Source: an uncultured Gammaproteobacteria bacterium
GTDB lineage: Bacteria > Pseudomonadota > Gammaproteobacteria > UBA9214
NCBI GenBank assembly: GCA_963748215.1
Contig: CAVVHS010000009.1
Coordinates: 128,001 to 192,000, forward strand
Length of the DNA stretch: 64,000 nt
Reading direction: 5' to 3'
This document shows positions 1 through 10,979 of this stretch, one piece after another. Made by a program: the position numbers and the translations under genes. Positions within the stretch are counted from its first letter, which is position 1. Every line of letters begins with the position of its first letter. Below the pieces are notes generated by a model. That model saw only the letters and a program-made list of their open reading frames with translations. It was not told the DNA's origin and made no database searches.

Positions 1-161
1 ACATCCGGAGTCTGGCCGTGACTCGACCTGACAACGTCCGTGATGAAATGCTCGGCTGTCTTGCGGATGGATTCGTGATCCTGGACGGGGGCCGCCGGGA
101 GTGCGGTTGTCGTGAAGGTTGCCGCCATTGCAAGTCCATATGCAAATATCCTGAAATCCAT
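1..161 (-). CDS. flgA: Flagellar P-ring chaperone FlgA (5' part; runs off window)
   Basis: Hand translation from ATG 161: MDFRIFAYGLAMAATFTTTALPAAPVQDHESIRKTAEHFI...; signal peptide, GGAG RBS at 168-171, divergent from flgB as is usual for flgA. Confidence 0.75.
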   Translation of the reverse strand, partial: MDFRIFAYGLAMAATFTTTALPAAPVQDHESIRKTAEHFITDVVRSSHGQTPD

Positions 162-206
162 TGTTCACTCCATGCCCGGTTGCTGTGTGATGCCTGTCTC
201 GTTTGC

Positions 207-222
207 AGCAATATACGTGCCA
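207..222 (-). promoter_or_regulatory. Sigma-54 (-24/-12) promoter for flgA
   Basis: Minus strand TGGCACG-TATA-TTGCT, full consensus, ~45 bp upstream of the ATG. Confidence 0.8.
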
Positions 223-523
223 GATCAGCATTGCTGTGCATGTGAAGTGGCGACATCGCCGTGCATGCCTGATTAATCGGCTGCCTGGGTCGGGGTGTTG
301 AGCCCCGGGTTTGATGTCGTGCGGATACGGCTTGCCGCCAGGAGGGCAACATGTTGCCGCTTGCACGTTCCCCCGGCTTTCACTGATGTGCTGCAAGGTC
401 TTGTCGTCCTATCGACCGTCCCTGCCAGGTGCAGCGAATAATCCCGTGTTTATAAAGGTGAGTGCGTGCGTGAGGCCGCGCCGGAGATGTGCCCGGCAGT
501 AGTTTGCAGTGTCTGACTGAAGT

Positions 524-539
524 TGGCACGTCGCTTGCT
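524..539 (+). promoter_or_regulatory. Sigma-54 (-24/-12) promoter for flgB operon
   Basis: TGGCACG-TCGC-TTGCT, 36 bp upstream of the flgB ATG. Confidence 0.85.
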
Positions 540-575
540 AGGTGAGATGCACTGGAAGAATTTACGAGGTGCAGC

Positions 576-962
576 ATGCCATCAATCATAGACCGCGCGT
601 TTGGCGTACATGCCGAGGCCCTGCAGTTGCGGTCGCGTCGCGGCGAGATGCTCGCATCGAACCTCGCCAATGCTGACACGCCGAACTACAAGGCGCGTGA
701 CCTGGATTTCCGCAATGCGCTCAGCGAGGCGCAGGCATCCACAGCGCTGGCCACCACGCATGCCGGACACATGCGCATGCAGGGTGGAGGCAGTATGCAG
801 GCCCTGTACCGCGTGCCGGGACAGCCGTCGCTTGACGGCAATACCGTGGACACACAGATCGAGCAGACCAAGTTTGCCGAGAATGCCGTGCGCTACCGTA
901 CCAGCCTGCGTTTTCTGAGCGGCAAGGTCAGCGGGCTGATGACTGCCATCAAGGGGGAATAA
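576..962 (+). CDS. flgB: Flagellar basal-body rod protein FlgB
   Basis: LASNLANADTPNYKARD and DGNTVD motifs; operon position. Confidence 0.97.
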   Translation: MPSIIDRAFGVHAEALQLRSRRGEMLASNLANADTPNYKARDLDFRNALSEAQASTALATTHAGHMRMQGGGSMQALYRVPGQPSLDGNTVDTQIEQTKFAENAVRYRTSLRFLSGKVSGLMTAIKGE

Positions 963-965
963 GCG

Positions 966-1379
966 ATGGGACTGTTCAGGATATTTGATGTCGCCGGTTC
1001 CGGCATGAGTGCGCAGACCGTGCGCCTCAATACCGTGGCCAGCAACATGGCCAATGCCGAGGTGGTCAGCGGCAGTGAGCAAGGTGCATACCATGCACGC
1101 CAGCCGGTGTTTGCAGCGATCATGGATGCGATGAATGGCGACAACAGCTCCGTGCCGGTACAGGTGACCGGCGTGGTCGAGAGCCAGGCGCCGATCAACC
1201 GCGAGTACAGCCCGCAGCATCCACAGGCCGACGCCGATGGCTACGTGTACCTGTCCAACGTCAATATGATCGAGGAAATGGCCAACATGATTTCCGCATC
1301 GCGTTCCTACCAGAGCAACGTCGAGGTGGCCAAGACCTCCAAGCAGTTGCTGCTGGAAACCCTGCGACTCGGCCAGTAA
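966..1379 (+). CDS. flgC: Flagellar basal-body rod protein FlgC
   Basis: SGMSAQTVRLNTVASNMANA; HPQAD..GYV; EMANMISASRSYQ. Confidence 0.97.
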   Translation: MGLFRIFDVAGSGMSAQTVRLNTVASNMANAEVVSGSEQGAYHARQPVFAAIMDAMNGDNSSVPVQVTGVVESQAPINREYSPQHPQADADGYVYLSNVNMIEEMANMISASRSYQSNVEVAKTSKQLLLETLRLGQ

Positions 1380-1410
1380 CCGACGCACGAATGAATAACG
1401 AGGCAAGCAC

Positions 1411-2085
1411 ATGAACAGCATTCAGGATACTGCCATTTACGAAGAACTGGGCCTGTCCCGCACGGCGCAGAGCGGCGCGAGGAAGACCGAGCTGGGTCAG
1501 GAGGACTTCCTCAAGCTCATGACTACGCAGCTCAAGAACCAGGACCCGATGAAGCCGATGGAAAACGGCGAGTTCATGGGACAACTGGCGCAATTCGGTA
1601 CCGTGAGTGGCATCGAGGAAGTGCGGACGGAACTGCAGAACCTGTCCGGCTCGCTGGTTTCGAACCAGTCGCTGCAGGCGGCGGCGGTGCTGGGACGGCA
1701 GGTGCTGATACCCGGTAGTCAAGGTGTGCTTGAAGCGGATGGTGCCATCCACGGTGCCGTGGATCTGCCCAATGCGATCACCAATCTGAATATCGGTATC
1801 TACGATTTATCCGGACAGCTGATAAGGAATGTCAGTCTGGGCAATCAGTCACCAGGGATGGTGGCTTTTAACTGGGACGGCCTTGCCACGGATGGCTCGG
1901 CCGCCCCTCCTGGTCGTTACGAGCTCCGTGCAGAGGCGATCAGCGGCGGCAGTAACGAAGCGTACGACGTCATGCTTGCTGACACGGTGCGGAGCGTTTC
2001 ACTGCCTGCAGCAGGCAAGCCCCTGACGCTCGAATTGACCCGCCTCGGTAACGTGAGTTTTTCGGATATCAGGCAGATAAGCTAG
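1411..2085 (+). CDS. flgD: Hook capping protein FlgD
   Basis: DFLKLMTTQLKNQDPMKPM motif; FNWDG. Confidence 0.96.
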   Translation: MNSIQDTAIYEELGLSRTAQSGARKTELGQEDFLKLMTTQLKNQDPMKPMENGEFMGQLAQFGTVSGIEEVRTELQNLSGSLVSNQSLQAAAVLGRQVLIPGSQGVLEADGAIHGAVDLPNAITNLNIGIYDLSGQLIRNVSLGNQSPGMVAFNWDGLATDGSAAPPGRYELRAEAISGGSNEAYDVMLADTVRSVSLPAAGKPLTLELTRLGNVSFSDIRQIS

Positions 2086-2104
2086 CAGGAACAGGAGAAA
2101 TACC

Positions 2105-3334
2105 ATGTCATTTCGAATTGCATTAAGTGGGCTGAATGCAGCGCAGGCATCGCTCGATGTCACGGCGAATAACATCGCCAATGCCAATACCACGGGTTTC
2201 AAGCAGTCGCGTGCCGAGTTTACCGACGTCTATGCCACGGCGTTTGGCAGTATCGGTTCGCTGGAAACCGGCGCCGGCGTGCGCCTGGCATCGGTCTCGG
2301 CACTTTTCAACCAGGGCAATATCGATTTTACCGGCAATGCCCTGGATCTGGCGGTCAACGGCGAGGGATTTTTCGTTCTTAACGACCAGGGTTCGAATAT
2401 CTACAGCCGTGCCGGCGCGTTCCAGGTAGATCGCGACGGCTATGTCGTCAATGTCAGCGGTCAGCGCCTGCAGGCCTACCCCGCGCTCGATACGTCGGGA
2501 ACATCATTCAGCACGGCAGCATTGTCCGATCTGCAGCTGATTGCATCGAACACCCCGCCCAGTCCGACAACGACGGCGGACATCTCGCTGAACCTGGATG
2601 CCAGCTCGCTACAGCTTGGCCCTGGCGCCATCGATCCCACCGATGCGACGACTTACAACTATTCGACCGCGATGACTACCTATGACAGCCTCGGGCAGCC
2701 GCATACCACTTCGATGTTCTTCAGAAAGATCGACACGACGACACGGAGCTGGGATACGCGCGTGGTCACCGATGGTGATGTGGCGCAAAGTGCCACAGTC
2801 CAGAACCTGATCTTTGACAGTCTGGGTCAGTTGTCCTCGGCGCAGCCGGTCAATTTCGGTACCTATGATCCGGGTAATGGCGCGGCCATCATGAATGTCG
2901 ATTTCGATTTTACCGGCACCACCCAGTACGGCAGTTCATTTGCCGTCAACTCGTTGTTCCAGGATGGTTTCACGACCGGACGACTGAGTGGTCTCGACAT
3001 CGACGACAGTGGCGTGGTGCTGGCGCGCTTCAGCAATGGACAGTCTTCTGCGCTGGGCAAGGTCGCACTGGCCAACTTTCCCAACCCCCAGGGCCTGTCT
3101 CCGCTGGGTGACAGCACCTGGGGAGCCAGCTACCAGGCCGGTGATCGCCGCCTGGGTGAACCGGGTGCCGGTAACTTCGGTTTCCTGCAGTCGGGTGCAC
3201 TGGAGAGTTCCAACGTCGAGATTACCGAGGAACTGGTGAGCCTGATAACCGCACAGCGCAGCTTCCAGGCCAATGCGCAGGTCATCTCGGCTGCTGACAC
3301 ATTGACACAGACCGTGATCAACATCGGCCGCTAG
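2105..3334 (+). CDS. flgE: Flagellar hook protein FlgE
   Basis: ALSGL..NNIANANTTGFK; LESSNV..ELV.LITAQR.FQANA. Confidence 0.97.
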   Translation: MSFRIALSGLNAAQASLDVTANNIANANTTGFKQSRAEFTDVYATAFGSIGSLETGAGVRLASVSALFNQGNIDFTGNALDLAVNGEGFFVLNDQGSNIYSRAGAFQVDRDGYVVNVSGQRLQAYPALDTSGTSFSTAALSDLQLIASNTPPSPTTTADISLNLDASSLQLGPGAIDPTDATTYNYSTAMTTYDSLGQPHTTSMFFRKIDTTTRSWDTRVVTDGDVAQSATVQNLIFDSLGQLSSAQPVNFGTYDPGNGAAIMNVDFDFTGTTQYGSSFAVNSLFQDGFTTGRLSGLDIDDSGVVLARFSNGQSSALGKVALANFPNPQGLSPLGDSTWGASYQAGDRRLGEPGAGNFGFLQSGALESSNVEITEELVSLITAQRSFQANAQVISAADTLTQTVINIGR

Positions 3335-3364
3335 CCAATACTCGAATAGGGGAAGGGACTGATC

Positions 3365-4105
3365 ATGGACAAATTACTGTATGTCGCGATGAGTGGCGCC
3401 AGGGAAACCATGCAGGCACAGGCTGTGAATGCACAGAACCTGGCCAATGCCAGCACCACCGGTTTCCGTGCCGACCTGGAATCGTTCCGCAGTCTGCCCG
3501 TGTACGGTCCCGGTCATGCCAGCCGCGTCTATGGTGTGGCGAACGGGATGGGTGTGGATTTCACGCCAGGCTCGGCGGTCAGCACCGGCCGCGATATGGA
3601 CGTCGCGGTCAACGGCAATGGCTGGCTCGCCGTGCAGGGACCGGATGGCAATGAAGCCTATACCCGGGCTGGAGATTTACGGGTGGACAGCCTCGGGTTG
3701 CTCAGGACGGGCGCCGGCCATGTCGTGATGGGGAACGGAAGCCCCATCGCGGTTCCACCCTTTGAATCGGTCGAGATTGCCGGGGACGGCACCATCTCGA
3801 TCCGGCCGGTCGGTGCGGCCGCCAACACGGTGTCCGTGGTGGACCGCATCAAACTGGTCAACCCGTCATTCGACGACATGGAAAAGGGGTCGGACGGCCT
3901 GATGCACATGAAGAACCGCGAACCGGCAGTCGCCGACGGTGCCGTGACCGTCCAGGCAGGTGCGCTGGAATCAAGTAACGTCAACACCATCGAGGCGATG
4001 GTCAGCATGATTCAGCTGGCACGCCAGTACGAGACGCAGGTCAAGGTTATGGCCAATGCCGAGGAAAATGACCGCGCGGCGTCGCAACTGCTGCGCCTGG
4101 AATAA
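3365..4105 (+). CDS. flgF: Basal-body rod protein FlgF
   Basis: MDKLLYVAMSGA; NLANASTTGFRAD; AYTRAGDL. Confidence 0.96.
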   Translation: MDKLLYVAMSGARETMQAQAVNAQNLANASTTGFRADLESFRSLPVYGPGHASRVYGVANGMGVDFTPGSAVSTGRDMDVAVNGNGWLAVQGPDGNEAYTRAGDLRVDSLGLLRTGAGHVVMGNGSPIAVPPFESVEIAGDGTISIRPVGAAANTVSVVDRIKLVNPSFDDMEKGSDGLMHMKNREPAVADGAVTVQAGALESSNVNTIEAMVSMIQLARQYETQVKVMANAEENDRAASQLLRLE

Positions 4106-4157
4106 CGGGATACCGGTAGCCGGATGATACGCCGGCAACCAGCACAAGGAGAGTGAG

Positions 4158-4943
4158 ATGGATCAGGCATTGTGGATAGCAAAAACAGGACTCGAGGCAC
4201 AGCAGACCCGTATGGCGGTGACGGCCAATAACCTGGCCAACGTCAATACCACCGGCTTCAAGCGCAGTCGTGCGGTGTTCGAGGACCTGCTCTACCAGAA
4301 CAATGGTCAGGCCGGCGCGCAGTCGTCCGAGGATACCAAGCTCAACTCGGGCCTTATGACCGGTACCGGTGTGCGTGTGGTGGCGACCGAAAAACTGTTC
4401 AACCAGGGCAGCCTGGTGCAGACCGGCAACAACCTGGACATGGCCGTTGAGGGTCGCGGTTTCTTCCAGATCCTGATGCCGGACGGTACCCTGGGCTATA
4501 CCCGTGACGGTACCTTCCAGGTCAATGCCAACGGCGAGATCGTTACCGCCAAGGGATATGCCCTGCAGCCGGGCATCACCATCCCGGAGGATGCGCAGAG
4601 CATCACCATCAGCACCGATGGCATTGTCTCGGTAAGTCAGCCCGGCAATGCGGTTCCCACCCAGGTCGGTACGATCCAGCTATCGGATTTTATCAACCCC
4701 GCCGGCCTGCAGCCGATCGGTCAGAACCTGTTCCTGGAGACCGGCTCCAGCGGTGCGCCGCAGACCGGTACGCCCGGGCAATCCGGTATCGGGGCGCTGG
4801 CGCAGGGTGTGCTGGAGACATCCAATGTCAACACTGTTGAGGAACTGGTGAACATGATCGAGACTCAGCGCGCCTATGAAATGAATTCCAAGGCCATCTC
4901 GACAGCGGAGCAGATGCTGGAATACGCCAATAACACGCTCTAG
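4158..4943 (+). CDS. flgG: Distal rod protein FlgG
   Basis: [12 protein letters not shown]; FEDLLYQ; [18 protein letters not shown]. Confidence 0.97.
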   Translation: MDQALWIAKTGLEAQQTRMAVTANNLANVNTTGFKRSRAVFEDLLYQNNGQAGAQSSEDTKLNSGLMTGTGVRVVATEKLFNQGSLVQTGNNLDMAVEGRGFFQILMPDGTLGYTRDGTFQVNANGEIVTAKGYALQPGITIPEDAQSITISTDGIVSVSQPGNAVPTQVGTIQLSDFINPAGLQPIGQNLFLETGSSGAPQTGTPGQSGIGALAQGVLETSNVNTVEELVNMIETQRAYEMNSKAISTAEQMLEYANNTL

Positions 4944-4975
4944 GCGAAACACGGTGAGCGTCGGAGGATACAACC

Positions 4976-5674
4976 ATGCCGCGTAATACAGGATTCGATG
5001 TGCTGAAGCTGCTTGCCTGTTGCACCATCGTCTGGCTGACGGGCTGCACGACCGGTTCGGTACTGACCCGCCCGGGCGAGCCGGGATTCGCACCGGCGCA
5101 GCCGGTATTACAGCAGCCGGCCATGCAGCACAACGGCTCGATTTACATGTCGAGTGTGCCACGACCGCTGTTCGAGGATATCAAGGCACGCCAGGTCGGT
5201 GACCTGTTGACCGTGATACTCGATGAACAGACCGATGCCAGCAAGTCGGCCAGTACCGGCATCACCAAGGATTCCACTACGGATATCAGTGCGCCGACCA
5301 TCCTCGGACAGGATGTGACCCTGGGCGGCAACCCGCTCGGCACGGGACTGGATTCGGCCAGCGATTTCTCGGGCGAGGCGGACAGCTCCCAGAGCAACAA
5401 ACTGCAGGGCAGCATCACCGTCACCGTCGCCGAGGTGCTGCCGAACGGCAATCTCCGGATACAGGGCGAGAAATGGATCGCCATCAACCAGGGTGACGAG
5501 TACGTGCGTCTGCGCGGTATTGTGCGGCCAGTCGATATTGCACCGACCAACACGGTGTTCTCGACCCAGGTTGCCGATGCGCAGATCACCTATCGCGGCA
5601 AGGGCGCCACGGCGGACTCCAATGCCATGGGCTGGCTGGCGCGGTTCTTCATTTCGCCACTCTGGCCTTTCTGA
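4976..5674 (+). CDS. flgH: L-ring lipoprotein FlgH
   Basis: Lipobox LTGC; LFED.KARQVGD; GWLARFF...WPF C-terminus. Confidence 0.96.
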   Translation: MPRNTGFDVLKLLACCTIVWLTGCTTGSVLTRPGEPGFAPAQPVLQQPAMQHNGSIYMSSVPRPLFEDIKARQVGDLLTVILDEQTDASKSASTGITKDSTTDISAPTILGQDVTLGGNPLGTGLDSASDFSGEADSSQSNKLQGSITVTVAEVLPNGNLRIQGEKWIAINQGDEYVRLRGIVRPVDIAPTNTVFSTQVADAQITYRGKGATADSNAMGWLARFFISPLWPF

Positions 5675-5695
5675 CGGACTACCGGGACAAACACG

Positions 5696-6805
5696 ATGAA
5701 AACAATCCACGTAACCAGGGCCTGTGTTGCCATGCTGTTGATGACGCTGTCTGCCGGCATCTCGGCAGAACGAATCAAGGACCTGGCGTCGGTCGCCGGG
5801 GTGCGTGCCAACCAGCTGATCGGCTACGGCCTGGTGGTTGGCCTGGACGGTACCGGTGATTCATCCAGTCAGCCGTTCACGGTGCAAAGCCTGACCAGTA
5901 TGCTGGCGCAGCTTGGCGTGGTGATTCCGCCGAACGTCAAGCCGCAGCTGAAAAATGCCGCAGCGGTGATTGTCAGCGCCGAGCTGCCGGCCTTTGCCAA
6001 GCCGGGCCAGACCATCGACGTGACCGTGTCATCGCTAGGTAATTCCAAGAGCCTGCGTGGCGGCACACTGCTGATGTCGCCGCTGAAGGGCGCGGACGGG
6101 CAGGTTTATGCAATAGCGCAGGGTAACCTGGTGGTTGGCGGTTTCGGGGCGGGTGGCGCGGATGGTTCGAGCGTTACTGTGAACGTACCGAGCGTAGGCC
6201 GGGTGCCGAACGGCGCGACGGTGGAACGCGGCGTACCCAGCCCGTTCGATTCGAGCGACACCATTACGCTGAACCTGAACACTGCGGATTTCACTACCGC
6301 CAGCCGCGTGGTGGAAAGCATCAACAGCACCATGGGCAAGGATACGGCGATGGCGCTGGATGGCGGTTCCGTGCGCGTGCGTGCACCGCTGGATTCCGAT
6401 AAAAAGGTGATGTTCGTGTCGATGCTGGAGAACCTGCCGGTCGAACCGGGCGAGGCGGCGGCGCGCGTCATCATCAATTCCCGGACCGGTACCGTCGTAA
6501 TCGGCAGCCACGTGCGGGTGATGCCGGCCGCCGTATCGCACGGCAGCCTGACCGTCACCATCAGCGAGCAGCCCGAGGTCAGTCAGCCGGCGCCGCTGTC
6601 CGGTGGCGCCACCACCGTGGTGCCACGCACGGAAATCGCTGTCTCCGAGGAGGGCAGCCGCATGTTCCTGTTCGAACCGGGTATCACGCTTAACGAGATA
6701 GTCCGCGCGGTCAACCAGGTGGGTGCCGCGCCCGGTGACCTGGTGGCGATCCTCGAGGCGCTCAAGGTGGCTGGTGCGCTGCGTGCCGAACTGCTGGTGA
6801 TCTGA
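5696..6805 (+). CDS. flgI: P-ring protein FlgI
   Basis: [26 protein letters not shown]; ALK.AGAL.AEL. Confidence 0.97.
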   Translation: MKTIHVTRACVAMLLMTLSAGISAERIKDLASVAGVRANQLIGYGLVVGLDGTGDSSSQPFTVQSLTSMLAQLGVVIPPNVKPQLKNAAAVIVSAELPAFAKPGQTIDVTVSSLGNSKSLRGGTLLMSPLKGADGQVYAIAQGNLVVGGFGAGGADGSSVTVNVPSVGRVPNGATVERGVPSPFDSSDTITLNLNTADFTTASRVVESINSTMGKDTAMALDGGSVRVRAPLDSDKKVMFVSMLENLPVEPGEAAARVIINSRTGTVVIGSHVRVMPAAVSHGSLTVTISEQPEVSQPAPLSGGATTVVPRTEIAVSEEGSRMFLFEPGITLNEIVRAVNQVGAAPGDLVAILEALKVAGALRAELLVI

Positions 6806-6827
6806 TCGCCACCCGGCCGGAAAAGCC

Positions 6828-7838
6828 ATGATCAACGATCCTGCCAGCGCCTCCGTCTATACCGATTTCAATGGCCTGGCGAAGCTGCGCGCTGCGGCTG
6901 GCCAGCAGTCACCGGGGGCGCTGCGCGAGACCGCGCGCCAGTTCGAGGCCCTGTTCGTCCAGAGCATGCTCAAGGCGATGCGCGAGGCCAGTCCGGGCGA
7001 CGGTATGTTCGACAGTGACCAGTCACAATTCTACCGCGACATCTACGATCGCCAGCTGGCCCTGGAAATGGTCAAGGGTCGCGGCATCGGGATCGCCGAT
7101 ATGCTGGTGAAGAGCCTGGGCGGAGACGCTGAAGCGGTGCCGCACCCTGTGCCCCGGCCGGGAGCGCCGGCGGTTGCGCCGGCTGACCTGGCAGCTACGG
7201 CGCCACTGGTATCGATGAACAGGGCGCATCGGGCGTTGCTGGATATCGACGCGCAGGCAACCCCGCTGATCGAACTGGCAAGCGCGAAGCAGGGGAGCGC
7301 CCGGGTACCTGGCACCGCAAGTGACTGGCGCCCGGGCGATCCGGAGGAATTCATTCGCGACCTGATGCCGTACGCTGAACAGGGTGCGGCGGAACTGGGT
7401 GTGCATCCGGGCGTGATTGTGGCCCAGGCCGCGCTGGAAACCGGCTGGGGGCAGAAAATCATTCGCCATCCGGATGGCCGCAGCAGCTTCAACCTGTTCG
7501 GCATCAAGGCGGATTCGCGCTGGTCAGGGGAAAGGGTGAGCGTGCCGACCCTTGAGTTTGAGGGGGGGGCTGCCGTTAAGAAGCGTGCGGCATTCCGCAG
7601 TTATACCTCGCTGGATGAGGCAGTATCGGGATATGTCGAGTTTTTACGCAGTAACCCGCGCTACCGGCAGGTGCTGGAGCAGGCGGGGGATGCGGATGCC
7701 TACCTGGATGGACTGGAGTCGGCCGGGTATGCGACGGACCCGCAGTATGCGGACAAGATCAGGGACATCATGCGGCGCGATTCGCTCGAATTGCGCCCGG
7801 ATCAGCTGGCACTGTCCGGGGGGCCACCGGGGAGCTGA
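6828..7838 (+). CDS. flgJ: Rod-capping/peptidoglycan hydrolase FlgJ
   Basis: A.QFEALFVQSMLK.MR; AQAALETGWG; NLFGIKA; GYATDP. Confidence 0.95.
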   Translation: MINDPASASVYTDFNGLAKLRAAAGQQSPGALRETARQFEALFVQSMLKAMREASPGDGMFDSDQSQFYRDIYDRQLALEMVKGRGIGIADMLVKSLGGDAEAVPHPVPRPGAPAVAPADLAATAPLVSMNRAHRALLDIDAQATPLIELASAKQGSARVPGTASDWRPGDPEEFIRDLMPYAEQGAAELGVHPGVIVAQAALETGWGQKIIRHPDGRSSFNLFGIKADSRWSGERVSVPTLEFEGGAAVKKRAAFRSYTSLDEAVSGYVEFLRSNPRYRQVLEQAGDADAYLDGLESAGYATDPQYADKIRDIMRRDSLELRPDQLALSGGPPGS

Positions 7839-7875
7839 GTCAGGCGTTTGAGCGAATCAGGGAAGAGGAATAGCC

Positions 7876-9834
7876 ATGAGTAGCGGCTTGTTGGGCATAG
7901 GAAGTTCGGCGCTGTTGAGTTACCAGCGGGCACTGGATACGGTCGGCCATAATGTTGCCAACGTCAATACGCCGGGCTACAGCCGTCAGCGCGTGGAACT
8001 GGCGTCCCGTCCCGGTCAGGGACTGGGCAGCGGTTTCATGGGTGCGGGCGTAGACGTTACGACGATCCGCAGGAACTACGACCAGTTTGTCATCGATGGC
8101 CTGCGTAACAGCAGCGCTTCCTACAGTGAACAGAAAACCCTCGCTACGCTTGCCGGCAATCTGAACAACCTGCTCGCGGATGACACGTCCGGCCTTGGCC
8201 CGGTGCTGGGATCCTTTTTCGATGCCGTGCAGGGTGTGAGTAACGATCCGACATCGACTGCGGCGCGCCAGGTAATGCTGAGCGAGGCTGGAACGCTGGT
8301 GAGCAGCTTCCAGGGCCTGGGTAACTGGATGGAGGGCAACCGCCGCGACCTCAGCGCCCGCATGGACAGCAAGACGCAGGAGATTAACCATCTGGCCGGC
8401 GCCATCGCCACGAGCAACCAGAAAATCATCGAGGCACGCAGCAGTGCCGGCGGCCAACCGCCCAATGACCTGCTGGATGCACGTGACCAGCTGGTGCTGG
8501 AATTGTCAGAGCTTGTCTCGCTGACGACGACTACCCAGGAAGATGGTTCCCTGAACGTATTCATCGGTAGCGGCCAGTCGCTGGTGCTTGGTGTCGAGGC
8601 GAGCGCCATGGGCGTGCTGGCGAATCCCGGTGATCCGGGCCAGTCCGATATTGTCATCGGTGCAAGCGGGCAGCCACCGGTAGTTGTGACCAACCTGATA
8701 AACGGGGGTGAACTGGGTGGCCTGCTGCAGTACCGGAAACAGGTGCTTGATCCGGCAATCAACGGGCTGGGCCGTATCGCGATCGAGCTGGGCACTTTCA
8801 TGAACGAACAGCATCGTTCCGGCATGACCCTGAGCGGCCAGCTTGGCCAGGATGTTTTTGCGGTGGCCGGTCCGCAGCTTGTTGCAGACGCCGGCAATAG
8901 TGGCAGTGTAGCGGTCGCATTTGACGATGTTTCGCAGCTGACTGCAGATGATTTTCGTCTTAAATTCGACGGCAGCAACTGGAGCCTGACGCGCGCGAGT
9001 AGCGGGCAGAATGTGCCACTCGGTGGGACGGGTACCGTTGCAGACCCGTTTGTCGCGGAGGGTATCAGTATTACCCCCGGTGCAGGCGCTGTTGCCGGTG
9101 ACAGTTATACCATACGACCGGTGCGTGACGGTGCCGGCGGGATCGGGCTGCTCATCGGCGATCCGCGTGACCTGGCGCTGGCGGCACCCGTGCGTACTTC
9201 CGCAGCACTTGCAAATGCCGGTACCGGCCAGATCAGTCCCGGCACCGTCACGGATATCAATAACCCGGCCTTCCAGTCGCCGCCGGGCACGCTCTCGCCC
9301 CCCGTGGTGATACGGTTTACCAGCCCGACCAGCTATGAAGTGGTCAATCAATCCACGCTGGGTGTGATCGATGCCGGCGTGTATGACCCGGCCACCGGCG
9401 CCGATGTATTCCCGACCGCCGGCCTGGGCGTGGATTTTGGTTACCGGGTGCGACTGACTGGTAATCCGGCAAGTGGTGATGAATTCAGCATCGCCTTTAA
9501 CAGCGGCGGGGTGGGGGACAATCGCAACGCGCTGTTAATGGCTGACCTGCAGACCGCACGGGTGATGAACGGCGGCAGTGCAGGATTCAATGATGCCTAC
9601 GGCGAAATGGTCGCCGAGGTCGGCACGCGCACGCGGCAGGCGCAGGTCGGCAGCGACGTGCAAATGCAGGTGATGGAGCAGAGCCAGGCGGCATGGGCGT
9701 CGGAATCCGGCGTCAACCTGGATGAAGAAGCAGCCAACCTGCTGCGTTTCCAGCAGGCTTATCAGGCAGCCGCCCAGATTATCTCGGTGTCAGGCACGAT
9801 ATTCGATACGCTGATAAGCGCAGTGAGGAACTAA
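7876..9834 (+). CDS. flgK: Hook-associated protein FlgK
   Basis: GHNVANVNTPGYSRQ; NDLLDARD; SGVNLDEEAANL..FQQAY. Confidence 0.96.
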   Translation: MSSGLLGIGSSALLSYQRALDTVGHNVANVNTPGYSRQRVELASRPGQGLGSGFMGAGVDVTTIRRNYDQFVIDGLRNSSASYSEQKTLATLAGNLNNLLADDTSGLGPVLGSFFDAVQGVSNDPTSTAARQVMLSEAGTLVSSFQGLGNWMEGNRRDLSARMDSKTQEINHLAGAIATSNQKIIEARSSAGGQPPNDLLDARDQLVLELSELVSLTTTTQEDGSLNVFIGSGQSLVLGVEASAMGVLANPGDPGQSDIVIGASGQPPVVVTNLINGGELGGLLQYRKQVLDPAINGLGRIAIELGTFMNEQHRSGMTLSGQLGQDVFAVAGPQLVADAGNSGSVAVAFDDVSQLTADDFRLKFDGSNWSLTRASSGQNVPLGGTGTVADPFVAEGISITPGAGAVAGDSYTIRPVRDGAGGIGLLIGDPRDLALAAPVRTSAALANAGTGQISPGTVTDINNPAFQSPPGTLSPPVVIRFTSPTSYEVVNQSTLGVIDAGVYDPATGADVFPTAGLGVDFGYRVRLTGNPASGDEFSIAFNSGGVGDNRNALLMADLQTARVMNGGSAGFNDAYGEMVAEVGTRTRQAQVGSDVQMQVMEQSQAAWASESGVNLDEEAANLLRFQQAYQAAAQIISVSGTIFDTLISAVRN

Positions 9835-9835
9835 C

Positions 9836-10741
9836 ATGCGAATCTCGACAGCACAACTGTTTCAGCAGCGCGTGGCGGCCATGCAGAACCAGCAGTCACG
9901 CCTTGCGCATACCGAGCTGCAATTATCGACCGGCAAGCGGCTGGTATCCCCGGCCGACGATCCGGCCGCCAGCCTGCGCAACCTGCAGCTATTTGATTAC
10001 CAGACACAGAATCAGCAGCACATCGAGAACATCAATACGGCGCAGGGTCGCCTGGACCTCGAGGAGGGCGCGCTTGCCTCCGGCGTCAACATCCTGCAAC
10101 GCCTGCGTGAACTGGCGGTGAGCGCAATGAATGCCACGCTTGGCCCCGGCGATCTGCAGGCCATCGAGGTCGAGGCGCGCTCGCTGCTCGATGGCCTGGT
10201 AGCGACGGCCAATACCCGAAATGTCAATGGCGAGTACCTGTTTGCCGGATACCAGGTCAATTCGGAGCCCTTTACTGATAACGGAACCGGCACGGTCGTC
10301 TATAGCGGTGACCAGGGCCGGCAGCAGCTGCAGATCAGTGCCGACCGCAAGCTTACGGTCGCTGATAATGGCGCGGACGTGTTCCTGGGAGTCAATCGCG
10401 CGGCCGGTGGTGTCGGCAGTGTATTTGATATTGCGAATGATTTTGCCAATGCGCTGGCCGCCGGCACGCCGGGTTCGGACAGCCTGACCGATATCGACGC
10501 CGCCATGGACCGGTTGCTGGCAGTTCGTGCAGACGTGGGCAGCCGGCTCCGCATCACCGACGACCAGCGAGACATCAACCAGTCCTATGGCCTGGTTCTC
10601 GAGCGTGAACGCTCGGACCTGGTCGACCTGGATTACACCGAGGCGGTGTCGCGTTTCAACCGTGAGCTGCTGGCTTTTCAGGCCTCCCAGCAGGTGTTCT
10701 CGAAGGTGCAGGAACTGAACCTGTTCAACTTTATCCGCTAG
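9836..10741 (+). CDS. flgL: Hook-associated protein FlgL
   Basis: MRIST; LSTGKR...PADDP; NGEYLFAG; DLDY.EA; LFNFI. Confidence 0.95.
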   Translation: MRISTAQLFQQRVAAMQNQQSRLAHTELQLSTGKRLVSPADDPAASLRNLQLFDYQTQNQQHIENINTAQGRLDLEEGALASGVNILQRLRELAVSAMNATLGPGDLQAIEVEARSLLDGLVATANTRNVNGEYLFAGYQVNSEPFTDNGTGTVVYSGDQGRQQLQISADRKLTVADNGADVFLGVNRAAGGVGSVFDIANDFANALAAGTPGSDSLTDIDAAMDRLLAVRADVGSRLRITDDQRDINQSYGLVLERERSDLVDLDYTEAVSRFNRELLAFQASQQVFSKVQELNLFNFIR

Positions 10742-10897
10742 CCCGCATTTCTCACCGGGATAGGCACCGCCCATTGACACACTGTTTCGTGTCGAATGGG
10801 TATTCGTTTCATGGTTTCAACTCTTTAGGTCGTGCCTCGCCGCCCGGTGAGACATCCGGGCTAGCTGTGATTTGTCAGTAGGTTGTTCATCCACGTT

Positions 10898-10924
10898 TCA
10901 AAGACTCCCGCTGGTTGCCGATAC
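10898..10924 (+). promoter_or_regulatory. Sigma-28 (FliA) promoter
   Basis: TCAA-N15-GCCGATAC, ~55 bp upstream of ATG 10980. Confidence 0.7.
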
Positions 10925-10979
10925 AGCAGGCACGGGGCCGCGTTGTGGTCCGTCCATACATGGAATGTGGGGAAAGAAT

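Noticed and set aside
18-502. Plus-strand ORFs 18-245 and 311-502
   Set aside because: They overlap flgA antisense or the divergent promoter region and show no coding features
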